This document shows positions 8,805 through 16,801 of a stretch of DNA of 35,780 nucleotides, one piece after another. Numbering within the stretch: the first letter of the stretch is position 1; each line of letters opens with the position of its first letter. The position numbers and the translations under genes are program-made. The stretch is taken from IMG/VR virus record IMGVR_UViG_3300030372_002552, positions 1-35,780 of that record. One strand, given 5' to 3'. The notes beneath the pieces are model-generated. The model was given only the letters and a program-made list of their open reading frames with translations. It ran no database searches and was not told where the DNA came from. The stretch is from a virus (taxonomy: Duplodnaviria > Caudoviricetes).

Positions 8805-9163
8805 TTAAAGGCTTTTTTCTTTTCTCCATGATATGTATAGGCATGCCCTTCATCAATCAATATCTGGTTTACTGTTCTATTATGGCCATCTACTTTTAAA
8901 ATACCAAGCACTCGACCATACTTACCAAGGCCCATTGATTGCAAAACAAATTTTCCATCGTTTTTATTTAATAGCTCTTTTGTTCTGGCCTTGGCCAGTA
9001 AGCCTTTTTTCTTTTCTTCTTTATTTCTGGTCCTACTTTCCCAAGTATCTACGCCATGAAATCTAATCCGTTTTTTTATCCAGACAGTCATACCCAGATC
9101 AATCATAGCATCAACTGTGTCACCATCTACAACCCTATCAAGCCTTGCCTCATATTCGTACAT
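8801..9163 (-). CDS. Thermonuclease (SNase-family) nuclease
   Basis: RVVDGDTVD, RIRFHGVDTWE, GKYGRVLG and NQILIDEGHA motifs. Confidence 0.9.
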   Translation of the reverse strand: MYEYEARLDRVVDGDTVDAMIDLGMTVWIKKRIRFHGVDTWESRTRNKEEKKKGLLAKARTKELLNKNDGKFVLQSMGLGKYGRVLGILKVDGHNRTVNQILIDEGHAYTYHGEKKKAFK

Positions 9164-9480
9164 CAGTTCCTCCCATAACGGCTCATAGCACCTTTAAGCT
9201 CCATTAAAACATCTGTAACATCGTTAAGCTCGGACACCATTTTTTCATGTCTGCGTGTAGAATCTGAGGCCTCAGAGTTCCACCTGTCAACCAGCTTAAT
9301 TGTAATGCTTTGCGTGTTGTCAATCACTGTACCCATTTTGGCTAAAATCTGCTGGATTTCTTCCAAAGACTCGTCTTGCTTTTTTTGACTGGCCATTAAG
9401 TTCATAATTAAATACACAAATAATCCTACAATAATTGCTACTGCACCATATTCTGCGTATAGATTAAACATTTCTTCCAT
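9163..9480 (-). CDS. Membrane protein with N-terminal TM helix and coiled coil (holin/BhlA-like)
   Basis: Hydrophobic YGAVAIIVGLFVYLIM followed by a coiled coil. Confidence 0.55.
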   Translation of the reverse strand: MEEMFNLYAEYGAVAIIVGLFVYLIMNLMASQKKQDESLEEIQQILAKMGTVIDNTQSITIKLVDRWNSEASDSTRRHEKMVSELNDVTDVLMELKGAMSRYGRN

Positions 9481-9481
9481 A

Positions 9482-9832
9482 CTATTTCCCCTTATCTCGT
9501 TTTTTCTTCCACGATAGCGGATTTAATGAGATCCCTCCAACTTTCACCATTTCAGCCTCGTACCATTTTACCGACTCCTCCAGTGCCGCAATTCTTTGTT
9601 CCTCCTCCTGTTCGTGATGAGCAATTAAATCTTCAATATGTTTTTTATGTCGCTCTAACTCATCCTCCATTGCAATTATACGCATTTGATACTGATAAAA
9701 TGTCCATGTTAGCCCAATAATTAATGCGATTAACTGACACAGCCATTTTATATTGATGGTCAGACTGAAACTATCTGATCCTATCGTTTGACCTTTAAAA
9801 CTTCTTGCACCATTTTGTAAATCTTTTGCCAT
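9482..9832 (-). CDS. Membrane protein with TM helix and coiled coil
   Basis: WLCQLIALIIGLTWTFY then a coiled coil. The ATG at 9832 overlaps the stop of the upstream mini-gene. Confidence 0.65.
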   Translation of the reverse strand: MAKDLQNGARSFKGQTIGSDSFSLTINIKWLCQLIALIIGLTWTFYQYQMRIIAMEDELERHKKHIEDLIAHHEQEEEQRIAALEESVKWYEAEMVKVGGISLNPLSWKKKRDKGK

Positions 9833-9957
9833 CAAATTTTATCCAAATCATAACCACAAACCTCCCAGCCACCACCGCATGCATACACAGATAAAAATAT
9901 TACAAGCAAAACAATCCAACCTGCAAAAACCAGAAATTCTTTCTTTGCCTCATTCAT
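9832..9957 (-). CDS. 41-aa putative lipoprotein (not in ORF track)
   Basis: MNEAKKEFLVFAGWIVLLVIFLSVYACGGGWEVCGYDLDKI: basic n-region, hydrophobic core, VYA-C lipobox-like site. Coupled by overlaps at both ends. Confidence 0.65.
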   Translation of the reverse strand: MNEAKKEFLVFAGWIVLLVIFLSVYACGGGWEVCGYDLDKI

Positions 9958-10190
9958 TTGTTTTTTTTGCCAAATTCGTTACCAAGGCTATAAGCCTTAA
10001 TAAACTTTGGTACAGTCTTTGCAAATTCAAGTTCTATAAAATCAAGAGCGTATCGCTTTGGATCTCTCATAACTTCATTTATATTAACTTGAGGTATTTC
10101 TAAATCAATTTTATTAAGTTTCTGGAGTTTGCTCAAGTAATCTGTTAAATACTGATCGTTCTTGGTTCTCGGTTTGTTCTCCTTCGCCAT
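9954..10190 (-). CDS. Hypothetical protein overlapping the 3' end of the portal gene
   Basis: 78-aa ORF filling the gap between portal and lipoprotein; ATGA coupling downstream. Confidence 0.6.
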   Translation of the reverse strand: MAKENKPRTKNDQYLTDYLSKLQKLNKIDLEIPQVNINEVMRDPKRYALDFIELEFAKTVPKFIKAYSLGNEFGKKNK

Positions 10191-11448
10191 TTACTTCCTT
10201 GTTTTCGTTTAATATTTTATCAGCCTCTTCTTCTGTTAAATGCTTGTTGTATTTTAACAGCAGATCTTTTTGGGTTATTAAATTATTCTGCAACATAAAG
10301 CCATCCATTGCTATTTGATCCTGTACAGCCATTGGATAATCTGGCTCATTAAATCGCAAGCCCATTTCATCTGGTAGCCTTATGCCATTTGCCTCTGCAA
10401 TCACTTTTTCGACTGCATACATTTGATGCTCGTACAGTTCCCATAATTCAATATCATCCTGATAATCTTCAAATCGTTCTAAGTCTTTAATTTTTAAAGC
10501 AATACCACTGGAGGGCCTGTCTGATTTACCATCTTCTGCAAAGGTAATTGATAGATGATTATTTTGAGCCGTTAAATCCAGTATTGCTTTTACAAGATCT
10601 ATGGCATCTCTAACGTTTGCATGAGGTGATTTAATATCCATAGTTGCACCCTCTGGTACAACCATGATCTCAGAGGATCCAGCACGCATAAGTTTTTCTT
10701 CTTCAAACATGCCTGTAATAACGTACTGGCCAAACATTTGAAATCTCATGCCCAGTGCCGCCTCTGTCAGCAATATATTTATTTGCTCATTTGCCGCACA
10801 AATGTCATGTGCACCAGCAACAAAAAACTCGTTTAAATGATGCTCTCTATGTGTAAATACAAAAGGGATAATGCCGTAATTATGTGCCTGCTCAAAAATG
10901 ATATTTCCATCTTCATCATAGATCATATAATTCATTTCATCCCAGTATGCATAATTGAGCTTATCGGTATCAGATACATCATGCACATTTTGCACCATTG
11001 GATATGTAATGGCATAAGGAACAAAAGGATCGCCGTCAAAATACGCATCAAAATAATACACAGGATTATAATTAAAATGTGGCTTGGGAGACTGTTTAAA
11101 CACTACCTGTGTTGCGATTGTTCCCAGCAACCTTGTCATTTTTTCCATGTGTTTTAATTTATGAGGTTTATTTTTAATCATTTGATCGTATGTCTCATTT
11201 ACATTTCTTGTAGCTCCAGTAGTATAGATGCGGCTCAACCTGTCAATCATTCTTCTGGTAACATTAAATTCTGATACTGGTATTTCTCTGAAAGCATCAG
11301 CACCAAACCTATCCTCAATGTATTGAGCTGTGTTATCTCCTGCATAATAATCTAATAGCTTATAAATCATGTGCCTGCGATCTTGTGCATATAGCATCTT
11401 TTGCTCTTTTAGAGACTCTTGAATTAATAGCTGTGCTGATTCTATCAT
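10114..11448 (-). CDS. Portal protein (SPP1 gp6-like)
   Basis: 444 aa, directly after TerL. HNYGIIPFV and SGIALKIK motifs. Confidence 0.88.
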   Translation of the reverse strand: MIESAQLLIQESLKEQKMLYAQDRRHMIYKLLDYYAGDNTAQYIEDRFGADAFREIPVSEFNVTRRMIDRLSRIYTTGATRNVNETYDQMIKNKPHKLKHMEKMTRLLGTIATQVVFKQSPKPHFNYNPVYYFDAYFDGDPFVPYAITYPMVQNVHDVSDTDKLNYAYWDEMNYMIYDEDGNIIFEQAHNYGIIPFVFTHREHHLNEFFVAGAHDICAANEQINILLTEAALGMRFQMFGQYVITGMFEEEKLMRAGSSEIMVVPEGATMDIKSPHANVRDAIDLVKAILDLTAQNNHLSITFAEDGKSDRPSSGIALKIKDLERFEDYQDDIELWELYEHQMYAVEKVIAEANGIRLPDEMGLRFNEPDYPMAVQDQIAMDGFMLQNNLITQKDLLLKYNKHLTEEEADKILNENKEVNGEGEQTENQERSVFNRLLEQTPET

Positions 11449-12767
11449 AGTTGTTCAGTCCTGTATTTTTGCTTTCTAATTGGAAACCTGCCACAGATGC
11501 CATATCTGAGTGCATCTGCTCCATGATCATTGTAACCATTTTTAAGAGGTTCGTTTTTTAGAGTGCTGTTTTCTTTATGATCTGGATACCTGTACGCCTC
11601 CAAATCTTCTACTATTCCTGTGCATTTATGATCTATATGTAGTCTTATTTCTCCATCTGCTGTCATCATATACTGTCTAACATGACTAATGCCAGAGGCT
11701 ATAGATCTGCTGTACTTATCCCTCCTGCTAATAACAGGTAGGCCCATAATCTGCCTGAATATGTCGGCCTCACCCATACCTACAGATGACTGCATCTGAT
11801 ACCCTGCTGGATCGCCAAAGACTCTGGAGATCCTGTATTTCTTTTTTTGTATCGCCGCACACAGCTCCGATATTTTTAAATTTTTCTCATGTAATATTTC
11901 ATCAATAATAAATATATGATCATCACCTTTGTCACCAATCCTGCCAGTCTGGAAGAAGATCACCGCAGGCATCCGATAGCCAAAATCCACGCCCAAAAAT
12001 ACTGGCAACATTGGATTATATGGAAAGTTACCTACATGGCTTTGCCTTGAAAAGTCACTATACACACGACCAGCCAGAGCTGTAAACTCGCCTTTGAATT
12101 CCTGATCAAATACTTCTTTTGTCATTGACTCTTTGGCCTCTATAAGATCTGGATCTTTTTCACCAAGCGGAAAGCTGTGATGATTTTCCCACGATGGCGA
12201 ATTAAACGAATCCCACATATCAGATTTTTTTGCATATAAAAAGTATTCATAAAATGCATCATATCCTTCTGGAGTAGAAATCATCAAACATTTACCTTTT
12301 GTATCTGACAATGTAGGCCGTAAATACATTTCAAATATTTTTTTAAGATTCATTTTACTGGCCTCATCAATAATCACCAGATGATTTCCAGCACCAATAA
12401 GAGATTCTGGATGTTCAGCAGATTTACCTTCTATTCTGGATCCCCATTCAAATTCTATATACTGATCATTTAATGACTTTCTAAGTGTTGGCAAATTGTG
12501 TTTTATAATCAGGTCATCATATACGATCCTAAAAATACGTTCAGATGTCGAATATGTAGGAGCCACGATCCATACATTTTTGTCTGGCTGTGACACCAAA
12601 GCCTCTGCCTCCTTGGCCGCCGCCATAGACTTGCCCCATCTACGGCCACAGCAAGCTACAACAATTCTAACTTTCTCTAATGCCTCATGTACTTTACGCT
12701 GGCCCTCATGCGGATCATAATCCAAAAACTCAAACCACTTTTGTTTATATGCAGATATTTGACTCAT
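11445..12767 (-). CDS. terL: Terminase large subunit
   Basis: Walker A GRRWGKS, Walker B IIDEA, coupling motif ISTP, nuclease motifs GVDFGY, GDPAG and DHGADALRY. Confidence 0.96.
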   Translation of the reverse strand: MSQISAYKQKWFEFLDYDPHEGQRKVHEALEKVRIVVACCGRRWGKSMAAAKEAEALVSQPDKNVWIVAPTYSTSERIFRIVYDDLIIKHNLPTLRKSLNDQYIEFEWGSRIEGKSAEHPESLIGAGNHLVIIDEASKMNLKKIFEMYLRPTLSDTKGKCLMISTPEGYDAFYEYFLYAKKSDMWDSFNSPSWENHHSFPLGEKDPDLIEAKESMTKEVFDQEFKGEFTALAGRVYSDFSRQSHVGNFPYNPMLPVFLGVDFGYRMPAVIFFQTGRIGDKGDDHIFIIDEILHEKNLKISELCAAIQKKKYRISRVFGDPAGYQMQSSVGMGEADIFRQIMGLPVISRRDKYSRSIASGISHVRQYMMTADGEIRLHIDHKCTGIVEDLEAYRYPDHKENSTLKNEPLKNGYNDHGADALRYGICGRFPIRKQKYRTEQL

Positions 12768-12785
12768 TTAGCTATTTTAATTTAC

Positions 12786-12803
12786 CTTAAAAATAATTTT
12801 AAA
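12786..12803. promoter_or_regulatory. Second copy of the near-palindromic 18-mer
   Basis: CTTAAAAATAATTTTAAA, between the terL start and promoter P2. Confidence 0.4.
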
Positions 12804-12821
12804 TATTATTCATTTTTTTAT

Positions 12822-12866
12822 TTGCATGTAATATATACTATATGTTATATTTGTTATAGATATGAT
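12822..12866 (+). promoter_or_regulatory. Island promoter P2
   Basis: TTGCAT-N18-TATATT-TGTTATAGATATGAT. Confidence 0.85.
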
Positions 12867-12900
12867 GATCAATAACAAAGAAAACACAGCAGGAGTTGAC

Positions 12901-13128
12901 ATGGACAAAATACAGAACATTGTCAAAAGAATGATTGGCGATCATGTAAAAGTAGCCCTTGCAAATCAAGACAACTATGATAATGATGGTAATGTTATAG
13001 ATGACTATGTTGCGGCAGATGTTAAGATTGCAATGGATAATGATAACTGGATGAATGTTGACGATCTTATAGATGACGTTCTAAAAGATCATGGCATTTA
13101 TCAAAGTGCAATAAGGAGAGTAGCGTAA
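12901..13128 (+). CDS. Hypothetical acidic early protein (alternative in-frame start at 12862)
   Basis: SD AGGAG before ATG 12901. Confidence 0.7.
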   Translation: MDKIQNIVKRMIGDHVKVALANQDNYDNDGNVIDDYVAADVKIAMDNDNWMNVDDLIDDVLKDHGIYQSAIRRVA

Positions 13129-13391
13129 TGAAAACAGTATATGTTGTTTCTGGTAGTGAAGATGGAATTATAGGAGTCTATGGTAATAAAAAGGCGGCTT
13201 ATAATAAATGTATTGAATACACTGGCGGTAAAAGTTATGATACATATAGTGGAATTGTAAAGCCATTATCTTATGCAAAGTGCTGTAAAGAGCTGAATAA
13301 TAAAGAGTATTATACAGGGCATTTTGACTTGTATGATTATCACAATGTGGACACAGGTGCATCCATAGAAATGCATACTTTGAATCATTAA
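13128..13391 (+). CDS. Hypothetical early protein
   Basis: 87 aa, SD AAGGAG, TAATG coupling. MKTVYVV...IIGVYGNKKAA motif is common in small phage proteins. Confidence 0.75.
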   Translation: MKTVYVVSGSEDGIIGVYGNKKAAYNKCIEYTGGKSYDTYSGIVKPLSYAKCCKELNNKEYYTGHFDLYDYHNVDTGASIEMHTLNH

Positions 13392-13395
13392 TAAC

Positions 13396-13472
13396 TTTGG
13401 GCCGCAGACACGGACAAGGCTGTAGAGTATGAAACACGACTGTGGGAGGCGAGTGGTGATCTGTGGCCCAGA
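13396..13472 (+). ncRNA. Putative structured RNA 1
   Basis: GC-rich intergenic segment closed by a 13-bp stem TTTGGGCCGCAGA/TCTGTGGCCCAGA, whose G-U pairs favour the + strand. Confidence 0.5.
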
Positions 13473-13509
13473 AATTCAAGAGAAAAAATGGATTATAAAA
13501 AAATAATAC

Positions 13510-13554
13510 TTGCATCGTATTATTATTTAGTGTTATAATTGTTATAGATATGAT
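13510..13554 (+). promoter_or_regulatory. Island promoter P3
   Basis: TTGCAT-N18-TATAAT-TGTTATAGATATGAT. Confidence 0.88.
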
Positions 13555-13594
13555 AAACAATAATCAACAATTCATTAATTACGGAGGTCAAAAA

Positions 13595-13972
13595 ATGAAT
13601 TATGCTCAAATCTTAAATGAGGCCCATGAGGCAGGTATGGTGGCTGGAAGTGCCAAAGTTCCTGCTCCTATGGTCGTTACAGAGCGTGCTAATCCTGTTG
13701 ATGATAGTAGCGAGGTCAAAAACCAGTGGGTTGTTCCTTCAGGTGTTTGTGGCTTTGCTTATGTCATTACAAATGAGCATGGCAATGGCAAGTTCGTTAA
13801 GTATCTTAAAAGTATTGGCGAAGGTCGCAAGTATTATTATGGTGGTCACTATGCCAAGTACGTTAGAGAGTTCGGCCAGAGCTATGAGCAAAAGATGGCT
13901 TATGCAGATGCCTATGCTCAAGTGCTCCAGAATTATGGGATCAAGGCTTATTCAGATGGGAGGCTCGACTAA
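13595..13972 (+). CDS. Conserved hypothetical phage protein (alternative in-frame start at 13550)
   Basis: SD GGAGGT. CGFAYV...QSYEQKMAYADAYAQVL..YGIKAY..GRLD motif. Confidence 0.8.
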   Translation: MNYAQILNEAHEAGMVAGSAKVPAPMVVTERANPVDDSSEVKNQWVVPSGVCGFAYVITNEHGNGKFVKYLKSIGEGRKYYYGGHYAKYVREFGQSYEQKMAYADAYAQVLQNYGIKAYSDGRLD

Positions 13973-14508
13973 TGGATAAATACATAATCGCAGGAGGCAA
14001 GAACTTCGTGAACAAGCCAAAGATGGTTAAAAACTGGGTTGGAAAGGTTAGCGGCCTAATGCCTGATGACATTGAAAACATAGGTGTGCCAGCCAGATAC
14101 TTTTCTGGCGGCCATCATGATCCTAAATACATTAGCACTGGCGGCGTTTCTGTGATCGTTAAAAAGATACACCAGCACCTAAAAAAAGTAGGTGTAATGC
14201 AGTACGTTAAAATCTGGGTTAAAAGTGAAACGTATTCTGGAGGCAGTTCAGTAAAAGTGTATTTTGATCGTGCAAGCAATGACACCATAGAGCTATCCAA
14301 AAAAATCATGGATGCCCTTGAGTATGGTTCTTTTAATGGAATGATTGATTTGTATGAATACAAAAACGATGTAAGACCAACTTACAAGATAAATCATAAT
14401 GGTGCAGAAATAGAGCTAAGTGCAAAATACAACTTTGTCTATGATAACCCTCCTTACGGCACGCCAGAATATGACCAGTATAAAAAAAGACAGAATCCTG
14501 CAAATTAA
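13972..14508 (+). CDS. Protein with LPD29-like (large polyvalent protein-associated) domain
   Basis: VKIWVKSETYSGGSSVKV...FNGMIDLYEY resembles the LPD29 signature. Confidence 0.65.
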   Translation: MDKYIIAGGKNFVNKPKMVKNWVGKVSGLMPDDIENIGVPARYFSGGHHDPKYISTGGVSVIVKKIHQHLKKVGVMQYVKIWVKSETYSGGSSVKVYFDRASNDTIELSKKIMDALEYGSFNGMIDLYEYKNDVRPTYKINHNGAEIELSAKYNFVYDNPPYGTPEYDQYKKRQNPAN

Positions 14509-14510
14509 AC

Positions 14511-14555
14511 TTGCATCGTATGTATTCTGTATGTTATATTTGTTATAGATATGAT
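14511..14555 (+). promoter_or_regulatory. Island promoter P4
   Basis: TTGCAT-N18-TATATT-TGTTATAGATATGAT. Confidence 0.85.
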
Positions 14556-14583
14556 AGTTAAACACAAACAAATGGGGCCAAAA

Positions 14584-14886
14584 ATGAAACTAATGACAAA
14601 AGAAATCGAAAAAAAACTTCCTGCTCTTTATGATACAGAAAAAGTAGCTTTGGCAGATAAAGAATTGGTTGCGAAGTTCTTTACTCCTTGGAGCCACTGG
14701 ACATGGTACGCTGTTGAGTATGACAAAAATAGCGGCGACTGCTTTGGATATGTTCACGGCGACTCTGATGAGTGGGGATATTTTAATTTGGAAGAGCTAA
14801 AAAAAGTTACAGGGCCTTTTGGTCTTAAGATTGAGCGTGATAAGTTTTGGAGTCCTGTAAAATTTTCAGAACTAAAGGATGCATAG
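14584..14886 (+). CDS. DUF2958-family protein (alternative in-frame start at 14551)
   Basis: KFFTPWSHWTWYAVEYD...FGYV...EWGYFNLEEL...GLKIERD. Confidence 0.85.
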   Translation: MKLMTKEIEKKLPALYDTEKVALADKELVAKFFTPWSHWTWYAVEYDKNSGDCFGYVHGDSDEWGYFNLEELKKVTGPFGLKIERDKFWSPVKFSELKDA

Positions 14887-14887
14887 A

Positions 14888-15184
14888 ATGGCAAGCTATA
14901 AAGGATATAAAAACAAAAACACTTTTGATTTTATATTGACTATTATGAATGATCAGGATGACTACACTACAGCTATGGATATGGTAAAAGATGCAAATGG
15001 CGTAATTTCATTAACAGATACGCTCAGAGACTGGGCTATTGACATGGCTGATGATGCATTAAGCTCTTACCAGTACACTCATCCTTTCATAAAAAGCGTT
15101 GTAAATAGTGCAATAGCAGAAGTTGATTTTTATGAGGTTGCTGAAACGCTAATTGCAGACTCTAAAGAACTAAAGGAGGTTTAA
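14888..15184 (+). CDS. Hypothetical early protein
   Basis: SD AAAGGA; YKGYKNKNT...VDFYEVAE motif. The ORF track start is 14879. Confidence 0.7.
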   Translation: MASYKGYKNKNTFDFILTIMNDQDDYTTAMDMVKDANGVISLTDTLRDWAIDMADDALSSYQYTHPFIKSVVNSAIAEVDFYEVAETLIADSKELKEV

Positions 15185-15185
15185 A

Positions 15186-15365
15186 TTGAAAAGTTACAAA
15201 GTATATAAAGTAGTTCGTAAAGGATCAGGCTTTCAGGTTGTCTGGTTCTATGAAGGAAGTTTGTACGGAACTGAGTACGAAGTAGAAAATGGATACTTCG
15301 ATAACTTCAGAGATGCAGAAAACCTTGAGTATGAACTTTCGCTCACGGCCTCGAACTGGATGTAA
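15186..15365 (+). CDS. 59-aa hypothetical protein with TTG start (not in ORF track)
   Basis: Perfect SD AAGGAGGT 5 nt before TTG; MKSYKVYKVVRKGSGFQVVWFYEGSLYGTEYEVENGYFDNFRDAENLEYELSLTASNWM. Confidence 0.75.
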   Translation: MKSYKVYKVVRKGSGFQVVWFYEGSLYGTEYEVENGYFDNFRDAENLEYELSLTASNWM

Positions 15366-15369
15366 ATAA

Positions 15370-15467
15370 TTGGATAGTTCCTTGGGCTTACAATAGAGGA
15401 CAGTAGATTGCAAAGTGTGCATCTGTACAACTAAGGCTGGGGCTGAAAAAATAGGCTCACTATCCAA
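15370..15467 (+). ncRNA. Putative multi-stem structured RNA 2
   Basis: Nested stems TTGGATAGT/ACTATCCAA, CCTTGG/CTAAGG, GTAGA-TGCA/TGCA-TCTGT and GGGCT/GGCTC. G-U pairs favour the + strand. Confidence 0.5.
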
Positions 15468-15515
15468 ATATTTTAAAACAAACAAAAGATGTAACCTGTA
15501 GAGAACGCCGCTCCC

Positions 15516-15548
15516 AAAAAGCCTCGGATCCGTCTGGGGCTTTTTTTT
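15516..15548 (+). terminator. Intrinsic terminator
   Basis: AAAAA-GCCTCGGA-TCCG-TCTGGGGC-TTTTTTTT. Confidence 0.85.
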
Positions 15549-15569
15549 ATTTAAATATTTTGTAAGAAA

Positions 15570-15583
15570 GTTATAATTATAAC
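15570..15583. promoter_or_regulatory. Perfect palindrome GTTATAATTATAAC, candidate operator
   Basis: Upstream of the 15596 gene; near copy at 20499-20512. Confidence 0.45.
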
Positions 15584-15595
15584 AGTATAAGAGGT

Positions 15596-15808
15596 ATGAC
15601 AAAAACAGAACATATAAAGAATGATGATAAAACCAACAACTGCGATACATGTGGAATTGATTTGCCTGTAGAACAGTTAGAAGATGGAGAGTGTTGGCAA
15701 TGCACTTGCGACCATGAGGTGTCTGAATATTATCCAGAAGATAAAAAGCATAATATACCTGAAACGCATTACTGTAGTGAGTGCGGCTCTGACCTTTTAC
15801 ATACATAG
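15596..15808 (+). CDS. Small Cys-rich zinc-binding protein
   Basis: CDTC, CWQC, CDH and CSEC motifs in 70 aa. Confidence 0.7.
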   Translation: MTKTEHIKNDDKTNNCDTCGIDLPVEQLEDGECWQCTCDHEVSEYYPEDKKHNIPETHYCSECGSDLLHT

Positions 15809-15887
15809 TGCTACGTTGTTCGCAGATTTCTCAACAGTGCTGATGTCATAATCAGCATAAGGTCTAATCATCCTTGCGTAGCATTTT

Positions 15888-15963
15888 ATTAAGGCCCAGT
15901 GTTATTATTAGTTGCATGTGTTAATATTTTGAAAACCAACCAAACATTTTACTGGGCCTTAAT
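15888..15963 (-). repeat. 13-bp perfect inverted repeat (long hairpin) at the 3' end of terS
   Basis: ATTAAGGCCCAGT-50nt-ACTGGGCCTTAAT, with further inner pairing TTGGTTG/CAACTAA on the minus strand. Confidence 0.7.
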
Positions 15964-16644
15964 TCCTTGGGCCTGTTCTCTGGCCACTAATTCTTCCAGC
16001 CATTGCTCTCTGACGTTCTTTCTTTGCCTACCTGATGGTAATAAAGGCATACCTACTTTCTCAGCCCTCATCCTTAGATTATACGCCGCCCTACGCTTTG
16101 CCAGTGCTCCTTCATTCTTGTAGGATCCATTCTGAATGGACTTTACAGCTTTGTTTTCTTTTCTTGTACGTTCTTTAGGGCTGTCATTACTTGGATCACG
16201 CTCTGGCAGGTTTGTAGATACTGGAATCATATTCCCTATTTCTACAGCATCTGATTCTTCAACCACTACAGCATCATCCAAGTTACCTATTTTTAAAAAC
16301 TTCTCAAAAGGGCTTTCAACTCTTATCGTTATTTTATCTTCCAGCTTGCCATAGTGCTTTAGAACTAACGTAGCCGCCTGTACATTGCCTTTTGTAGCCT
16401 CTCTGATCATAGAATCTACTACATCTATTAACTTGCCTCCTGATATCTCCATAAACCGAGAATATACAGCATCATTAAACGCTGGATCCCTCCTGTATGA
16501 TCTAACTGTTTCCTCAGTACACTCCAGAGCCTTGGCGGCCTCTGTTGTTTTTAATGCAGGCCTTGATGCTAACAGCTCTATAGCCAGTCGTTGCCGTTCA
16601 TTAAATGACTTCATATAAGCTGGTAGCTTTATATTATGTTCCAT
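15949..16644 (-). CDS. terS: Terminase small subunit (N-terminal HTH)
   Basis: LNERQ-like start, HTH (TTEAAKALECTEETVRSYR), GNVQAATL motif; upstream of terL on the same strand. Confidence 0.7.
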   Translation of the reverse strand: MEHNIKLPAYMKSFNERQRLAIELLASRPALKTTEAAKALECTEETVRSYRRDPAFNDAVYSRFMEISGGKLIDVVDSMIREATKGNVQAATLVLKHYGKLEDKITIRVESPFEKFLKIGNLDDAVVVEESDAVEIGNMIPVSTNLPERDPSNDSPKERTRKENKAVKSIQNGSYKNEGALAKRRAAYNLRMRAEKVGMPLLPSGRQRKNVREQWLEELVAREQAQGIKAQ

Positions 16645-16645
16645 G

Positions 16646-16801
16646 CTATTCTTCCTTAAACCTTTTTTCTAATTCTTTAATTCTTTTCTCTAACAGGTTT
16701 ATTTTCTGCTCCATAAGAATACCAGCCTGTGATAAAACAGTAATCAGCTTTATTATAGGCATTATATCATCGTTTTTAGACGTTTTATTAATTATGGACA
16801 T
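16646..16801 (-). CDS. 51-aa coiled-coil protein (not in ORF track)
   Basis: MSIINKTSKNDDIMPIIKLITVLSQAGILMEQKINLLEKRIKELEKRFKEE; stop lies 1 nt before the terS start. Confidence 0.6.
   Translation of the reverse strand: MSIINKTSKNDDIMPIIKLITVLSQAGILMEQKINLLEKRIKELEKRFKEE

Noticed and set aside
13396-13472. tRNA or CRISPR-repeat mimic (GTATGAAAC resembles a repeat end)
   Set aside because: No cloverleaf or TTC T-loop; single copy with only a short resemblance.
15370-15467. Hammerhead ribozyme
   Set aside because: The CUGANGA core is absent.
15225-15806. 193-aa minus-strand ORF in the track
   Set aside because: It is antisense to two SD-led plus-strand genes, a structured RNA candidate and a terminator, and its composition is atypical.
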